A DNA stretch of 64,000 nt from an uncultured Gammaproteobacteria bacterium. Lineage in GTDB: Bacteria > Patescibacteriota > Microgenomatia > Levybacterales > UBA12049. Of the stretch, positions 1-8,015 are shown in pieces; the stretch's first letter is position 1; every line of letters begins with the position of its first letter. The translations under genes were made by a program, and so were the position numbers. The stretch is taken from contig CAZLSZ010000004.1 of the NCBI GenBank assembly GCA_964562445.1, positions 448 through 64,447 on the forward strand, in the 5' to 3' direction. A model generated the notes under the pieces. That model made no database searches and was not told the DNA's origin. It was given only the letters and a program-made list of their open reading frames with translations.

Positions 1-30
1 CAAATCATCCCCCTACGTTCTGCGAACTTC

Positions 31-58
31 GGGGGACAGGTCCCCCTTCGTTTTCTCT
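31..58 (+). terminator. Rho-independent terminator-like hairpin (GGGGGAC..GTCCCCC) followed by a T-rich tract
   Basis: A 6-7 bp GC stem at 31-46 is followed by TTCGTTTTCTCTC. The GGGGG at 31-35 could pair instead with CCCCC at 9-13, which would be an alternative structure. Confidence 0.4.
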
Positions 59-83
59 CAGAACTTAGGCGAATATTGAAATT

Positions 84-524
84 CTACCGCTTATTTCTCA
101 ATTCACGCTGGATGTCACGATCGAGATCCTGACGCTTTATTGATTCTTTCTTGTCAAACTTCTTTTTTGATTTAGCTAACGCTATCTCAACCTTTATCAA
201 GGTGTGGCTAGTATACATGGAAATAGGCACGATTGTCAAGTTTGCGCCCTCCATTTTCGCTTTGAGCGCAAGGATTTGTTTCTTATACAAAAGGAGTTTT
301 CTGGTGCGCGTGCTGTCAAACGCATCAGCACGCGCAAACTCATAAGGATATATTCTTACGTTTACTAATTGTGCTTCACCATTGAGAATTCTGACAAAGC
401 TGCCTGTCATATCCGCATGTCCGAGTCTGAATGCTTTTACCTCCGCTCCCACGAGTTTGATCCCTGCTTCAAATGTCTCCAGAATTTGATAATCAAATGA
501 TGCTTTTTTATTATAGATTTTCAT
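84..524 (-). CDS. smpB: SsrA-binding protein SmpB
   Basis: The 146-aa protein has an SmpB-like N-terminus (KASFDYQILETFEAGIKLVGAEVKAFR) and a basic C-terminal tail. No tmRNA is recognisable in bases 1-83. Confidence 0.85.
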   Translation of the reverse strand: MKIYNKKASFDYQILETFEAGIKLVGAEVKAFRLGHADMTGSFVRILNGEAQLVNVRIYPYEFARADAFDSTRTRKLLLYKKQILALKAKMEGANLTIVPISMYTSHTLIKVEIALAKSKKKFDKKESIKRQDLDRDIQRELRNKR

Positions 525-559
525 GTACTCATTATACGGATTAGTTTATAATAAAACAA

Positions 560-2053
560 ATGACTTCGAAGCTTCGTTTTGTTTCCATCATCGCATTTAT
601 CGTTATATTTGTAAGCTTTCTTTTCCGAAGTTATTATGTGGCTGATCCTGATTTTCCTTGGCATCTGCGAATGGGGGAGCTTATTCTCAGGCAAGGGATC
701 CCGCAAACAGATCCATTTTCGTATACCATGCCGAGTTATCGCTTTGTCGATCATGAATGGTTTGCGGATATTATTGTGTATTTACTCTTTACCAATGTAG
801 GAATAATGTCTCTCCATATTCTTTTTGCATTTATCGGTACATCTGCGGTTGTTATCCTTTGGAAGTACCATACTCGATTATTCTCCACGCTTTTTGTTTT
901 TCTTATGGTAGGAACGTTATTTGATTTTGTCGGGATTCGTATGCAGATTTTTACGTGGTTTTTTTTGGCGGTGTTGATGACTGTGCTTAGTGACAAAATT
1001 ATCTTCCGAAAGTACCGTTACGCATTACCAATGCTTTTTCTTCTATGGGCGAATCTCCACGGCGGATTCGCGATAGGATTTATTGTTTTAACACTGTGGA
1101 CAATAGGTACTGCAATAGAAGTAAGAAGATTTGACAGGCATAATTATCTCGTTCTCTTCCTCAGTTTTCTTGCCACGTTTATTAATCCGTACGGATACCA
1201 TTTATGGAATGAAGTGTCAAAATCTCTTTTTGACCCATCTCTGCGGTTTTTGATTCAGGAATGGTACCCTGCTGCGTATTCTGACAGTATGACGTTTTGG
1301 GTGTATTTCGCTATTTCGGTATTGCTGATGGCGCGATATCGATCAAAATTTTCAAGAACGGAGATTTTTTTGTATTTGCTCGTTCTTGTTTCTGCAATGG
1401 CGAGTATGCGAAATATTCCAGTATATATGATTGTTTCTTATGGTATGACTATACGCGGGGTATTATTTCTCATGGATGAAGCAAAGAAGTATACCCATGG
1501 AAAGGAAAGGTTTACGCAATCGTATGCGTTCTTTTGTATTATCGCGAGTATTCTTTGTTTTCCGCAATTACTTATCGGAGGGAGTATGCTGCCAAAATTG
1601 CGGGATATTCCTCCGACCGAAGCAGTATCGTATCTCAAAGAAAATATACCAAAAGGGAATATCCTGACACCATATGGATATGGCGGTTTTTTTATTTTGC
1701 ATTTTCCTGAAAAGAAAGTATTTATCGATGGAAGAATGCCTAGCTGGAGAAATCCGTCAGCGCCCGCAACTGAGAGTACATATGCCTTGAGGGAATTTGT
1801 AGCATTATTAACAGAGAAAAAATCTTTTGATGCGGCATGCGCAAAATATAGTATCGATACTGTTGTCGTTCCTGCCAGCGATATGCTTCCCAAACCGAAA
1901 TACATATTCGGATTAAGTACAGAGCAGTATCCTCAGTTGGAAAAATTATTTTCCAATGTATTCACATTCTCGTTTATCGTGCCGCATATCAGGCAGTCAG
2001 GATGGAAAGAGGTATATAAAGATGAGGTATTTGTTATTTTTAAGAAAAACTGA
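560..2053 (+). CDS. Polytopic membrane protein, GT-C-like glycosyltransferase candidate (paralog family A)
   Basis: Roughly 12 predicted TM helices. The first loop carries ADPDFPWHLRMGELILRQG, a DxD motif plus W..H..GE.I.R.G, which is shared with the ORFs at 52435-54372 and 60404-61627. Confidence 0.4.
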   Translation: MTSKLRFVSIIAFIVIFVSFLFRSYYVADPDFPWHLRMGELILRQGIPQTDPFSYTMPSYRFVDHEWFADIIVYLLFTNVGIMSLHILFAFIGTSAVVILWKYHTRLFSTLFVFLMVGTLFDFVGIRMQIFTWFFLAVLMTVLSDKIIFRKYRYALPMLFLLWANLHGGFAIGFIVLTLWTIGTAIEVRRFDRHNYLVLFLSFLATFINPYGYHLWNEVSKSLFDPSLRFLIQEWYPAAYSDSMTFWVYFAISVLLMARYRSKFSRTEIFLYLLVLVSAMASMRNIPVYMIVSYGMTIRGVLFLMDEAKKYTHGKERFTQSYAFFCIIASILCFPQLLIGGSMLPKLRDIPPTEAVSYLKENIPKGNILTPYGYGGFFILHFPEKKVFIDGRMPSWRNPSAPATESTYALREFVALLTEKKSFDAACAKYSIDTVVVPASDMLPKPKYIFGLSTEQYPQLEKLFSNVFTFSFIVPHIRQSGWKEVYKDEVFVIFKKN

Positions 2054-2063
2054 GCAGATATGT

Positions 2064-3896
2064 TTATAATGCAAGTTCGTAAATCTTACTGCCCGAGAGA
2101 ATATACGCCTTTTTTTCGGATTCTACAACTTCAAAATCCTTTGCTTGTGAGATAAACGGTGCTGTTATTTCTTTCTGGAAGGAGCCTTTTTTATCCGTTT
2201 TGACAATTCTATTATTTCCATTGTCCAGTATGTACAAATACTCTGTTTCTGCAGTCGTAACGATTTTGGTAGGAGATTTTAATTCTCTTGTCATGCCGGA
2301 AAGAGTAAATGTATCCTTTTTTGCTTTGGTATATTTCAGAATTTTTCCGTCTTTTGTCACGATCCAGATTGAGCCGTCTATTGCCAGACCTGTCGCAGAT
2401 GTGAGATCAGGTTTTTCAGCCGTAAAGTAGTTGCTGACAGTTGTGCCGCCGATTATTTTCAGGACACCTTTTTTCTGGTCGAGAACATACAAATTGGTCT
2501 GGTACGGGGCGATCGCAGTAGGAATTTCCCAATCACTGTTATTTTTGAGGACCTCTTTTTTAGCAGCGTTTGCTTTCGAGAATGAAGTAATTGCGTTTTT
2601 ATCGACCATATAGACATTTTTGCCATCCTGTCCGAATCCTAACCCTCCATTATTTTTTTGCTCAATGGCAAGAAGAGAATTTTCATTTGCGGATGCTTCT
2701 TTTGCATCAGCAGGAGGCTCATCTTTTACGGCTTTATTGAGCTCATCCTCAACTTTTGCGAGGAGTTCCTGAATTTGTTTGCCTTCAGGTGAATTTCTGT
2801 CTATTCGTTCTTCTCCCTCATGCAGCCTTTGTTCTGCTTTTTTATAACTCTCTTGGCTTTTTAATTGGTTAAGGCTCTCCAGTCCCTGCCCTTCTTCATA
2901 ATATTGCTTTGCGGGGATATAGGTATTTTCAAAGATTGCTTTTTGCTGCGCATCTTTTTGTTTTTGAACTGCCATAAAAATACTTACTATGAGTAAAAAA
3001 GCAAGAATTGCCGCGATAGTCAGATACAGCTTTTTTCTATGGTTGAGGCGCAGCGGTTGTTTTTTCCATTTAGGCATCGAGAAATGGGGGAGCTGCATTT
3101 TTTTCTTTTCTTTTTTTTCGTCTTCAATATACTCATCCAATTCCTCTTCCATAGATGTTTCTGCTTCAATAGATTCTTCCAGTGTGGGGTCATCGTTATT
3201 TTTCTCTTTTGTATAGAGGGATGCCAGTGATTGATCCGCAGGATATGCCAGATCCGGTGATGTAACCATAGGAGCTTGTGAACTATGAAAGAGGACAACA
3301 ATTGCGGATTGCGCGCCATCCTTTTGTCCATGTATCTGGGGTGTAAGTGTTTCGACGATATCGATTGGCAGGCTGAGTTTCAACGCTGATTTAATAGTTT
3401 CTTCGGGGACTTTTTTTGCAAATTGTCCGGATTCTAAAATGATAATATCTTTGTTATTCAAATATCCCGAGGCGGATGTTATGTCTCCTTGTATATATTC
3501 ATCGTATCTCTCCAGAATAGTTCCAATTGTATCTCCGCGTTTTAATATCACTTTTCCGCTTCCTGCGATAAAGACGGTGAGTACATCATTTTTATAGTTT
3601 GCGACGGTGAGATGCTTTTTTACTTCGGGAGGAATGTTCTCCAGGCTTGCAATAAGAGCTTTTTTAATTGATTCTGTATTTTTTTCTTCAAGAGTGAAAA
3701 ATTCTGCCTCTAGATTATTAATGCTCTCTTTTCCAAGAGTCTGCAATGAAATATCTTCATCGGTTTCATCTTTTATTAATGTGAGGCAAACAAAGAGATT
3801 TCCGGCATTATATGCCTGCGACCATGCAGTTTCCGTAGGCGTTGCTACTAATTTCGCGAACGATAAACTTGATTTTAGGGGGCTCGTGTCGGGCAT
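2064..3896 (-). CDS. Single-pass membrane protein with cytoplasmic N-domain of unknown function and extracellular NHL/beta-propeller-like repeats
   Basis: A TM segment (LYLTIAAILAFLLIVSIFMAV) sits mid-protein. An acidic coiled-coil region follows. The C-terminal part has repeated YxLD..G/IVTKDGK beta-strand repeats. Confidence 0.4.
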   Translation of the reverse strand: MPDTSPLKSSLSFAKLVATPTETAWSQAYNAGNLFVCLTLIKDETDEDISLQTLGKESINNLEAEFFTLEEKNTESIKKALIASLENIPPEVKKHLTVANYKNDVLTVFIAGSGKVILKRGDTIGTILERYDEYIQGDITSASGYLNNKDIIILESGQFAKKVPEETIKSALKLSLPIDIVETLTPQIHGQKDGAQSAIVVLFHSSQAPMVTSPDLAYPADQSLASLYTKEKNNDDPTLEESIEAETSMEEELDEYIEDEKKEKKKMQLPHFSMPKWKKQPLRLNHRKKLYLTIAAILAFLLIVSIFMAVQKQKDAQQKAIFENTYIPAKQYYEEGQGLESLNQLKSQESYKKAEQRLHEGEERIDRNSPEGKQIQELLAKVEDELNKAVKDEPPADAKEASANENSLLAIEQKNNGGLGFGQDGKNVYMVDKNAITSFSKANAAKKEVLKNNSDWEIPTAIAPYQTNLYVLDQKKGVLKIIGGTTVSNYFTAEKPDLTSATGLAIDGSIWIVTKDGKILKYTKAKKDTFTLSGMTRELKSPTKIVTTAETEYLYILDNGNNRIVKTDKKGSFQKEITAPFISQAKDFEVVESEKKAYILSGSKIYELAL

Positions 3897-3900
3897 TCTT

Positions 3901-4137
3901 TTATACTATAACAAGAGTAATAATAAAAAGCGAGACAGTAACTACAAAAATGATAAAGCTGAGTGTCTGTAATGTGGCAGACGCATTGGAAGCTGCCAGA
4001 TAGATAGTGCGATTAAGCGCGCGGACTCGACTATGAACGATAAAGCTGAAAATAGCAAATACTCCCATAAGGATCAGCATTAGCCCCTTAACGAGATAAT
4101 ACATCCCCTGATCTTGAATAAAGGTAATAAAATCCAT
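3901..4137 (-). CDS. Small 2-TM membrane protein
   Basis: A 78-aa hydrophobic ORF whose stop overlaps the upstream gene's start by 1 nt (4137). Confidence 0.35.
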   Translation of the reverse strand: MDFITFIQDQGMYYLVKGLMLILMGVFAIFSFIVHSRVRALNRTIYLAASNASATLQTLSFIIFVVTVSLFIITLVIV

Positions 4138-4865
4138 TATTTTGTACCTCCTTGTATGGGTTTATGGACGATTGGATGTGTCGGCGGTCTGAGGTCAGTT
4201 ATAATATCTGCGACTTTTGCGGGGTTTGGTGCTGCTTCAAATTCAAAATTTGCTTTAATTGCTTGTGTTTGGATAGGCACATCTCCATAATTCAAATGAC
4301 TCTGGAAAAATCCTTTTTGAGAATATGACACATCCACAATGTCTGCTATTTCCGTTTCTGCCATATGGTGGCTTAAAATGTTATATACATCAAGATCCAA
4401 TAACCTTTTCCTTGTTACGATACCTACATGATAAAACCAGATGATAAAGTTTATGAGCGCATAGGATAAAATGCCCAGATAGTAAAAAATGACAATTATT
4501 ATTTTTAAACCAAGAGGCAGCGGTGCAAATTGAAATTCTGAAATTCTCAAAATAGGGATAATCATAATTGGCACGATCAGCATGAGAAGTGTGGTAAAAA
4601 TCCATGTGGCATTGATCGAGAAATGTCTTCTGATAAAAAGGAGGATGTGCTCATCAGGCTCCTGATTTTGAAATTTTACCCCTTTGGGGTGGATGCAAAA
4701 TGATGAGAACAGTCCGACAGGTGTATCTTCATGCGGTGTTGCTTCTTTTACGGTATTGGTATGTTTCACTTCTTCTTTTGGTTCTGCTCGCACAGAAGAA
4801 GGTGCTTTTTGGGGGGCAGTTTTTGTTTTGGTTGGAGTAAAAAGATCCGGCATATGTGAATACAA
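4137..4865 (-). CDS. Membrane protein with bacterial PH-like (YdbT/bPH_2-like) domain
   Basis: The N-terminus is Pro/Lys-rich. Two TM helices follow, and then a roughly 100-aa domain typical of bPH_2 proteins. Confidence 0.4.
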   Translation of the reverse strand: MYSHMPDLFTPTKTKTAPQKAPSSVRAEPKEEVKHTNTVKEATPHEDTPVGLFSSFCIHPKGVKFQNQEPDEHILLFIRRHFSINATWIFTTLLMLIVPIMIIPILRISEFQFAPLPLGLKIIIVIFYYLGILSYALINFIIWFYHVGIVTRKRLLDLDVYNILSHHMAETEIADIVDVSYSQKGFFQSHLNYGDVPIQTQAIKANFEFEAAPNPAKVADIITDLRPPTHPIVHKPIQGGTK

Positions 4866-4894
4866 TTATTATACTCTAAAATGACGTTTTTTGT

Positions 4895-6616
4895 TTATTT
4901 CCTCTCAATATTAAAAAATACATATCCTGTTTGCGGGATTCTGACATATCCTGGTGCGCGTAAGTTAAAGGCAGTTTTGAATTCACTTCCGCTTAATGTT
5001 ACGCCGTTAATTGTTACAGAGTTGGTTGATCCATTGCCCATCGAAACAGAAGCACTTGAAGCAGGCCCTATGCCGCCTTTGCCTTCTACCAATTTACGCA
5101 ATTCTTCGTGACTATATGGATTGCCTCCCCAGCAGGAAGTAGTAACGGGAGTGATTCTGCCTGTATCTATTCCAGGCGTGCGCAGCGCGATCGCGGCATT
5201 AATAATATCTGCCATTTCTTCAGCTGAGAGCCATGGCCCTGATCTGCCGCATGTATTGCCGGAGGAGCTATAACCCTCTCTCCACCATGCTTTATAGAGC
5301 CATGGTGAACCCCCAATTTTTTCGTACGCTTTATCAATAAAATTCGGCCCTCCTGATCCGTCAGTGGTATCCCATCCTGAAGTATTACTGAATCCGCCAT
5401 GAGTAGACGCGTACTGGGTCGATACAGGGTTTCCTCCGCCATCCACGAGTACCCATCCTTTTGTTTCATTTACCGCCTGCTGCCACAGTCCGCCTTTGGG
5501 AGAATTTTTAAAGACCTGACATGCTTCTGTTGTGCAAATTCCCTTTTGTCCGTTATTGGTATATCTGACAGCGTATGTCCTTGCAGCAATTGCCTGCGCT
5601 TTGAGCGCGTTGATATGCCATGATCCGGGCATTTCATAAATTCCCTGTAAATACTGATCTTCAAACGGGATTGAGCCGACGCCGTCTACGGATATGCTTC
5701 CCATTACGGCATAATCTTTTTTCAATGTAGCATTAGGATAATATGCGCGGAGAATATCTTCTACTGATTGTCCTGCTTCTGCCCGCGCTTTGGCACCATA
5801 TTGGCTCATTCCATTTCTATGTGTATATGCGCCGAATGAAAAGATCGCGAATGACCCACCTGGCGCAGAGGAGCGGAAGCCATTTACTGATGCGAGCGGT
5901 TCATCAGCTAATTCATTGTTGCCGCTGACCGTAAAACCACCGCTTTTCGCGTTAATAATTTGCTGCTGTTTTGCTGATAATTCGGCGATTTTCCCTGAAA
6001 GTGTCTGCTGATAATTGGATGCTTCTTTAACTACCTTATCAAGTTTGGCGCTTTGATCCGTCAGACTTGCACGTGCTGAAATAAGAAATTTTTGTTCCTG
6101 TTCCAATGAAACCTTTTTTTTCTCCAGATCTACAAGGGAGAGCGCGATATTTGTGATAATTGTTTTATCTTGTTTTGTTTTGGCGCGTTGATATGCGAGT
6201 GTTTGGGTCGCCTTAAATGCGGTATCTGTTGAGAGAAAAATAAGGAGAGGGGAATCGAAATAGCTGTTCATATAGTGATTTTTGATCGTATTATTAATCA
6301 AATGTTCTTTTGTCGCAAGATCTTTATAGCCTTCGTCAATTTGCTTTTTTTTCACAATAGTATCGGCCTCGATAAACGCAACTTGATTTTTTATCATACC
6401 CATGCGTTTTTGAATATTGTCTAATTCGGATTGCAGCGGTTTTGTCGCTGCGACTGATTTATTGAGTGCATCATTAAGACTTTCTAATTCTCTTGTGATA
6501 TTTGCCAGATCATCATTCGTATTTGCTGTTTGTGAGTAAGCGAATTGATGAGGAAAACCGGGAAGAAGGGAGCAAATAAAAAGTGATAATAATAATAGGG
6601 TTTTTTTTATGGGCAT
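4895..6616 (-). CDS. SpoIID/LytB-domain protein with long N-terminal coiled coil (cell-wall amidase activator/lytic transglycosylase-like)
   Basis: A signal peptide is followed by about 200 aa of coiled coil. The C-terminal SpoIID/LytB signature is YLQGIYEMPGSWHINALKAQAIAARTYAV...GICTTEACQVF. Confidence 0.7.
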   Translation of the reverse strand: MPIKKTLLLLSLFICSLLPGFPHQFAYSQTANTNDDLANITRELESLNDALNKSVAATKPLQSELDNIQKRMGMIKNQVAFIEADTIVKKKQIDEGYKDLATKEHLINNTIKNHYMNSYFDSPLLIFLSTDTAFKATQTLAYQRAKTKQDKTIITNIALSLVDLEKKKVSLEQEQKFLISARASLTDQSAKLDKVVKEASNYQQTLSGKIAELSAKQQQIINAKSGGFTVSGNNELADEPLASVNGFRSSAPGGSFAIFSFGAYTHRNGMSQYGAKARAEAGQSVEDILRAYYPNATLKKDYAVMGSISVDGVGSIPFEDQYLQGIYEMPGSWHINALKAQAIAARTYAVRYTNNGQKGICTTEACQVFKNSPKGGLWQQAVNETKGWVLVDGGGNPVSTQYASTHGGFSNTSGWDTTDGSGGPNFIDKAYEKIGGSPWLYKAWWREGYSSSGNTCGRSGPWLSAEEMADIINAAIALRTPGIDTGRITPVTTSCWGGNPYSHEELRKLVEGKGGIGPASSASVSMGNGSTNSVTINGVTLSGSEFKTAFNLRAPGYVRIPQTGYVFFNIERK

Positions 6617-6680
6617 AAATCTATTATAACATGTTTTAAAGTGAGAAAAAATGTGATAGGATCAAGGTATTGTTGCGCAA

Positions 6681-7181
6681 ATGAAGATATTTATTGCATC
6701 CGATCATACGGGATTTGATATTAAAGAAAAGGTAAAAAATTATCTTATGAGTAAGGGGTATGATGTACAGGATTGCGGCGCGTTTCAATTGGATCCTGCT
6801 GATGATTATCCGCAATTTATGCATGCAGCTGCTCAGGGTGTGAGCGCTAACCCTGATATCAATCGGGGAATCATTTTCGGAGGATCAGGGCAGGGAGAAG
6901 CGATGGTTGCGAATAAATCAAAAGGGGTACGCTGCGCGCTTTTTTATGCATCCGTAGTCCCCTCAAAAGCAATTAATATTGAAGGTACAAAAAGTGAAGA
7001 TCCTTTTGCGATGGTAGGCTTAACAAGAGAGCATAACGGCGCAAATATGCTCTCTTTCGGTACACGGTTCCTGACAGAAGATGCGATACGCAAAGCAATT
7101 GATGTTTGGTTGCAAGCGCCTGATCCGACAAACGAACGCCATATTCGCAGAATTAATCAAATAAAGGAGATAGAAGCGTGA
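6681..7181 (+). CDS. rpiB: Ribose-5-phosphate isomerase B (RpiB/LacA/LacB family)
   Basis: The N-terminus MKIFIASDHTGFDIKEKV matches, and the 166-aa length is right for RpiB. Confidence 0.8.
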   Translation: MKIFIASDHTGFDIKEKVKNYLMSKGYDVQDCGAFQLDPADDYPQFMHAAAQGVSANPDINRGIIFGGSGQGEAMVANKSKGVRCALFYASVVPSKAINIEGTKSEDPFAMVGLTREHNGANMLSFGTRFLTEDAIRKAIDVWLQAPDPTNERHIRRINQIKEIEA

Positions 7182-7182
7182 T

Positions 7183-7881
7183 ATGTATGAAATAATACCG
7201 AGTCCCGGGACAGACAATAAAGATTGGTCCGAAATCGAAAATAAAATAGAGCAGGTAAAACCGTTTGTAAAAACAATTCATATTGATGTAATTGATGGGA
7301 TATATGTGGCAAATAAAACATTTTCTGACCCCCAGCCTTTCAAAAAATATACACAGGAACTGCATAGCGGGCAACGCGGACAGGACGTAGGAGATAAAGG
7401 ACTACTTTTTGAAGTTCATTTGATGGTTGATAATCCGATTGCGTATTTACAGCCATTTGCTGAGGCAGGATTTCATCGGTTTATCGGGCAGATTGAAAAG
7501 ATGCCCGACCAAGAAGAATTTGTCGCGCAAGCGCAGCTTCTTGGGGAAGTTGCGCTTGCGCTGGATAAACAGAGCCCTATTGATGCATTAAAAGTATCCC
7601 CGGAAAATCTCGATGCGTTACTCATTATGACGATTCAGGCAGGTTATTCCGGACAAAAATTCGAGGAAGCTCTTCTGGAAAAGGTAAAGGCGCTTCGTCA
7701 GAAGAATGAATATATTCCGATTGAGGTAGATGGAGGGATTAATGATGAAACGATAGAGATTGCTGCTGCATCAGGCGCAAATCGGTTTGTGGCGACGAGT
7801 TTTATGTATAACTTCGCGTCTCCCAAAGAGCAGTTTGATTTGTTAAAGGCGCAACTGGAGAAGTTACATAAATTGGAATAA
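7183..7881 (+). CDS. rpe: Ribulose-phosphate 3-epimerase
   Basis: Motifs HIDVIDG, VHLMV, MTIQAGYSGQKF and IEVDGGIN are present. The start lies 2 nt after the rpiB stop. Confidence 0.8.
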   Translation: MYEIIPSPGTDNKDWSEIENKIEQVKPFVKTIHIDVIDGIYVANKTFSDPQPFKKYTQELHSGQRGQDVGDKGLLFEVHLMVDNPIAYLQPFAEAGFHRFIGQIEKMPDQEEFVAQAQLLGEVALALDKQSPIDALKVSPENLDALLIMTIQAGYSGQKFEEALLEKVKALRQKNEYIPIEVDGGINDETIEIAAASGANRFVATSFMYNFASPKEQFDLLKAQLEKLHKLE

Positions 7882-8015
7882 CGTTATTACGCTCAGTATC
7901 ACAATGAGTAGAATTAATCCTTCCATGAAATAGAGTGTATATTTCCCCGAAGCGCGGTTATATTTATTTAATTCCTGTGGTGGAATCATATTTTCATCTT
8001 TTGTCCGTTTCATAA

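Noticed and set aside
1-83. Possible tmRNA (ssrA) next to smpB
   Set aside because: No tRNA-like T-arm (GGTTCGA.TCC) or CCA end is present, and the hairpin has a 2-4 nt loop. It is better explained as a terminator.
1438-1905. 155-aa minus-strand ORF (and many similar 60-120 aa ORFs antisense to large genes, for example 3020-3331, 8152-8418, 37454-37891 and 62981-63526)
   Set aside because: These are shadow ORFs inside well-supported genes on the opposite strand, with low-complexity translations.
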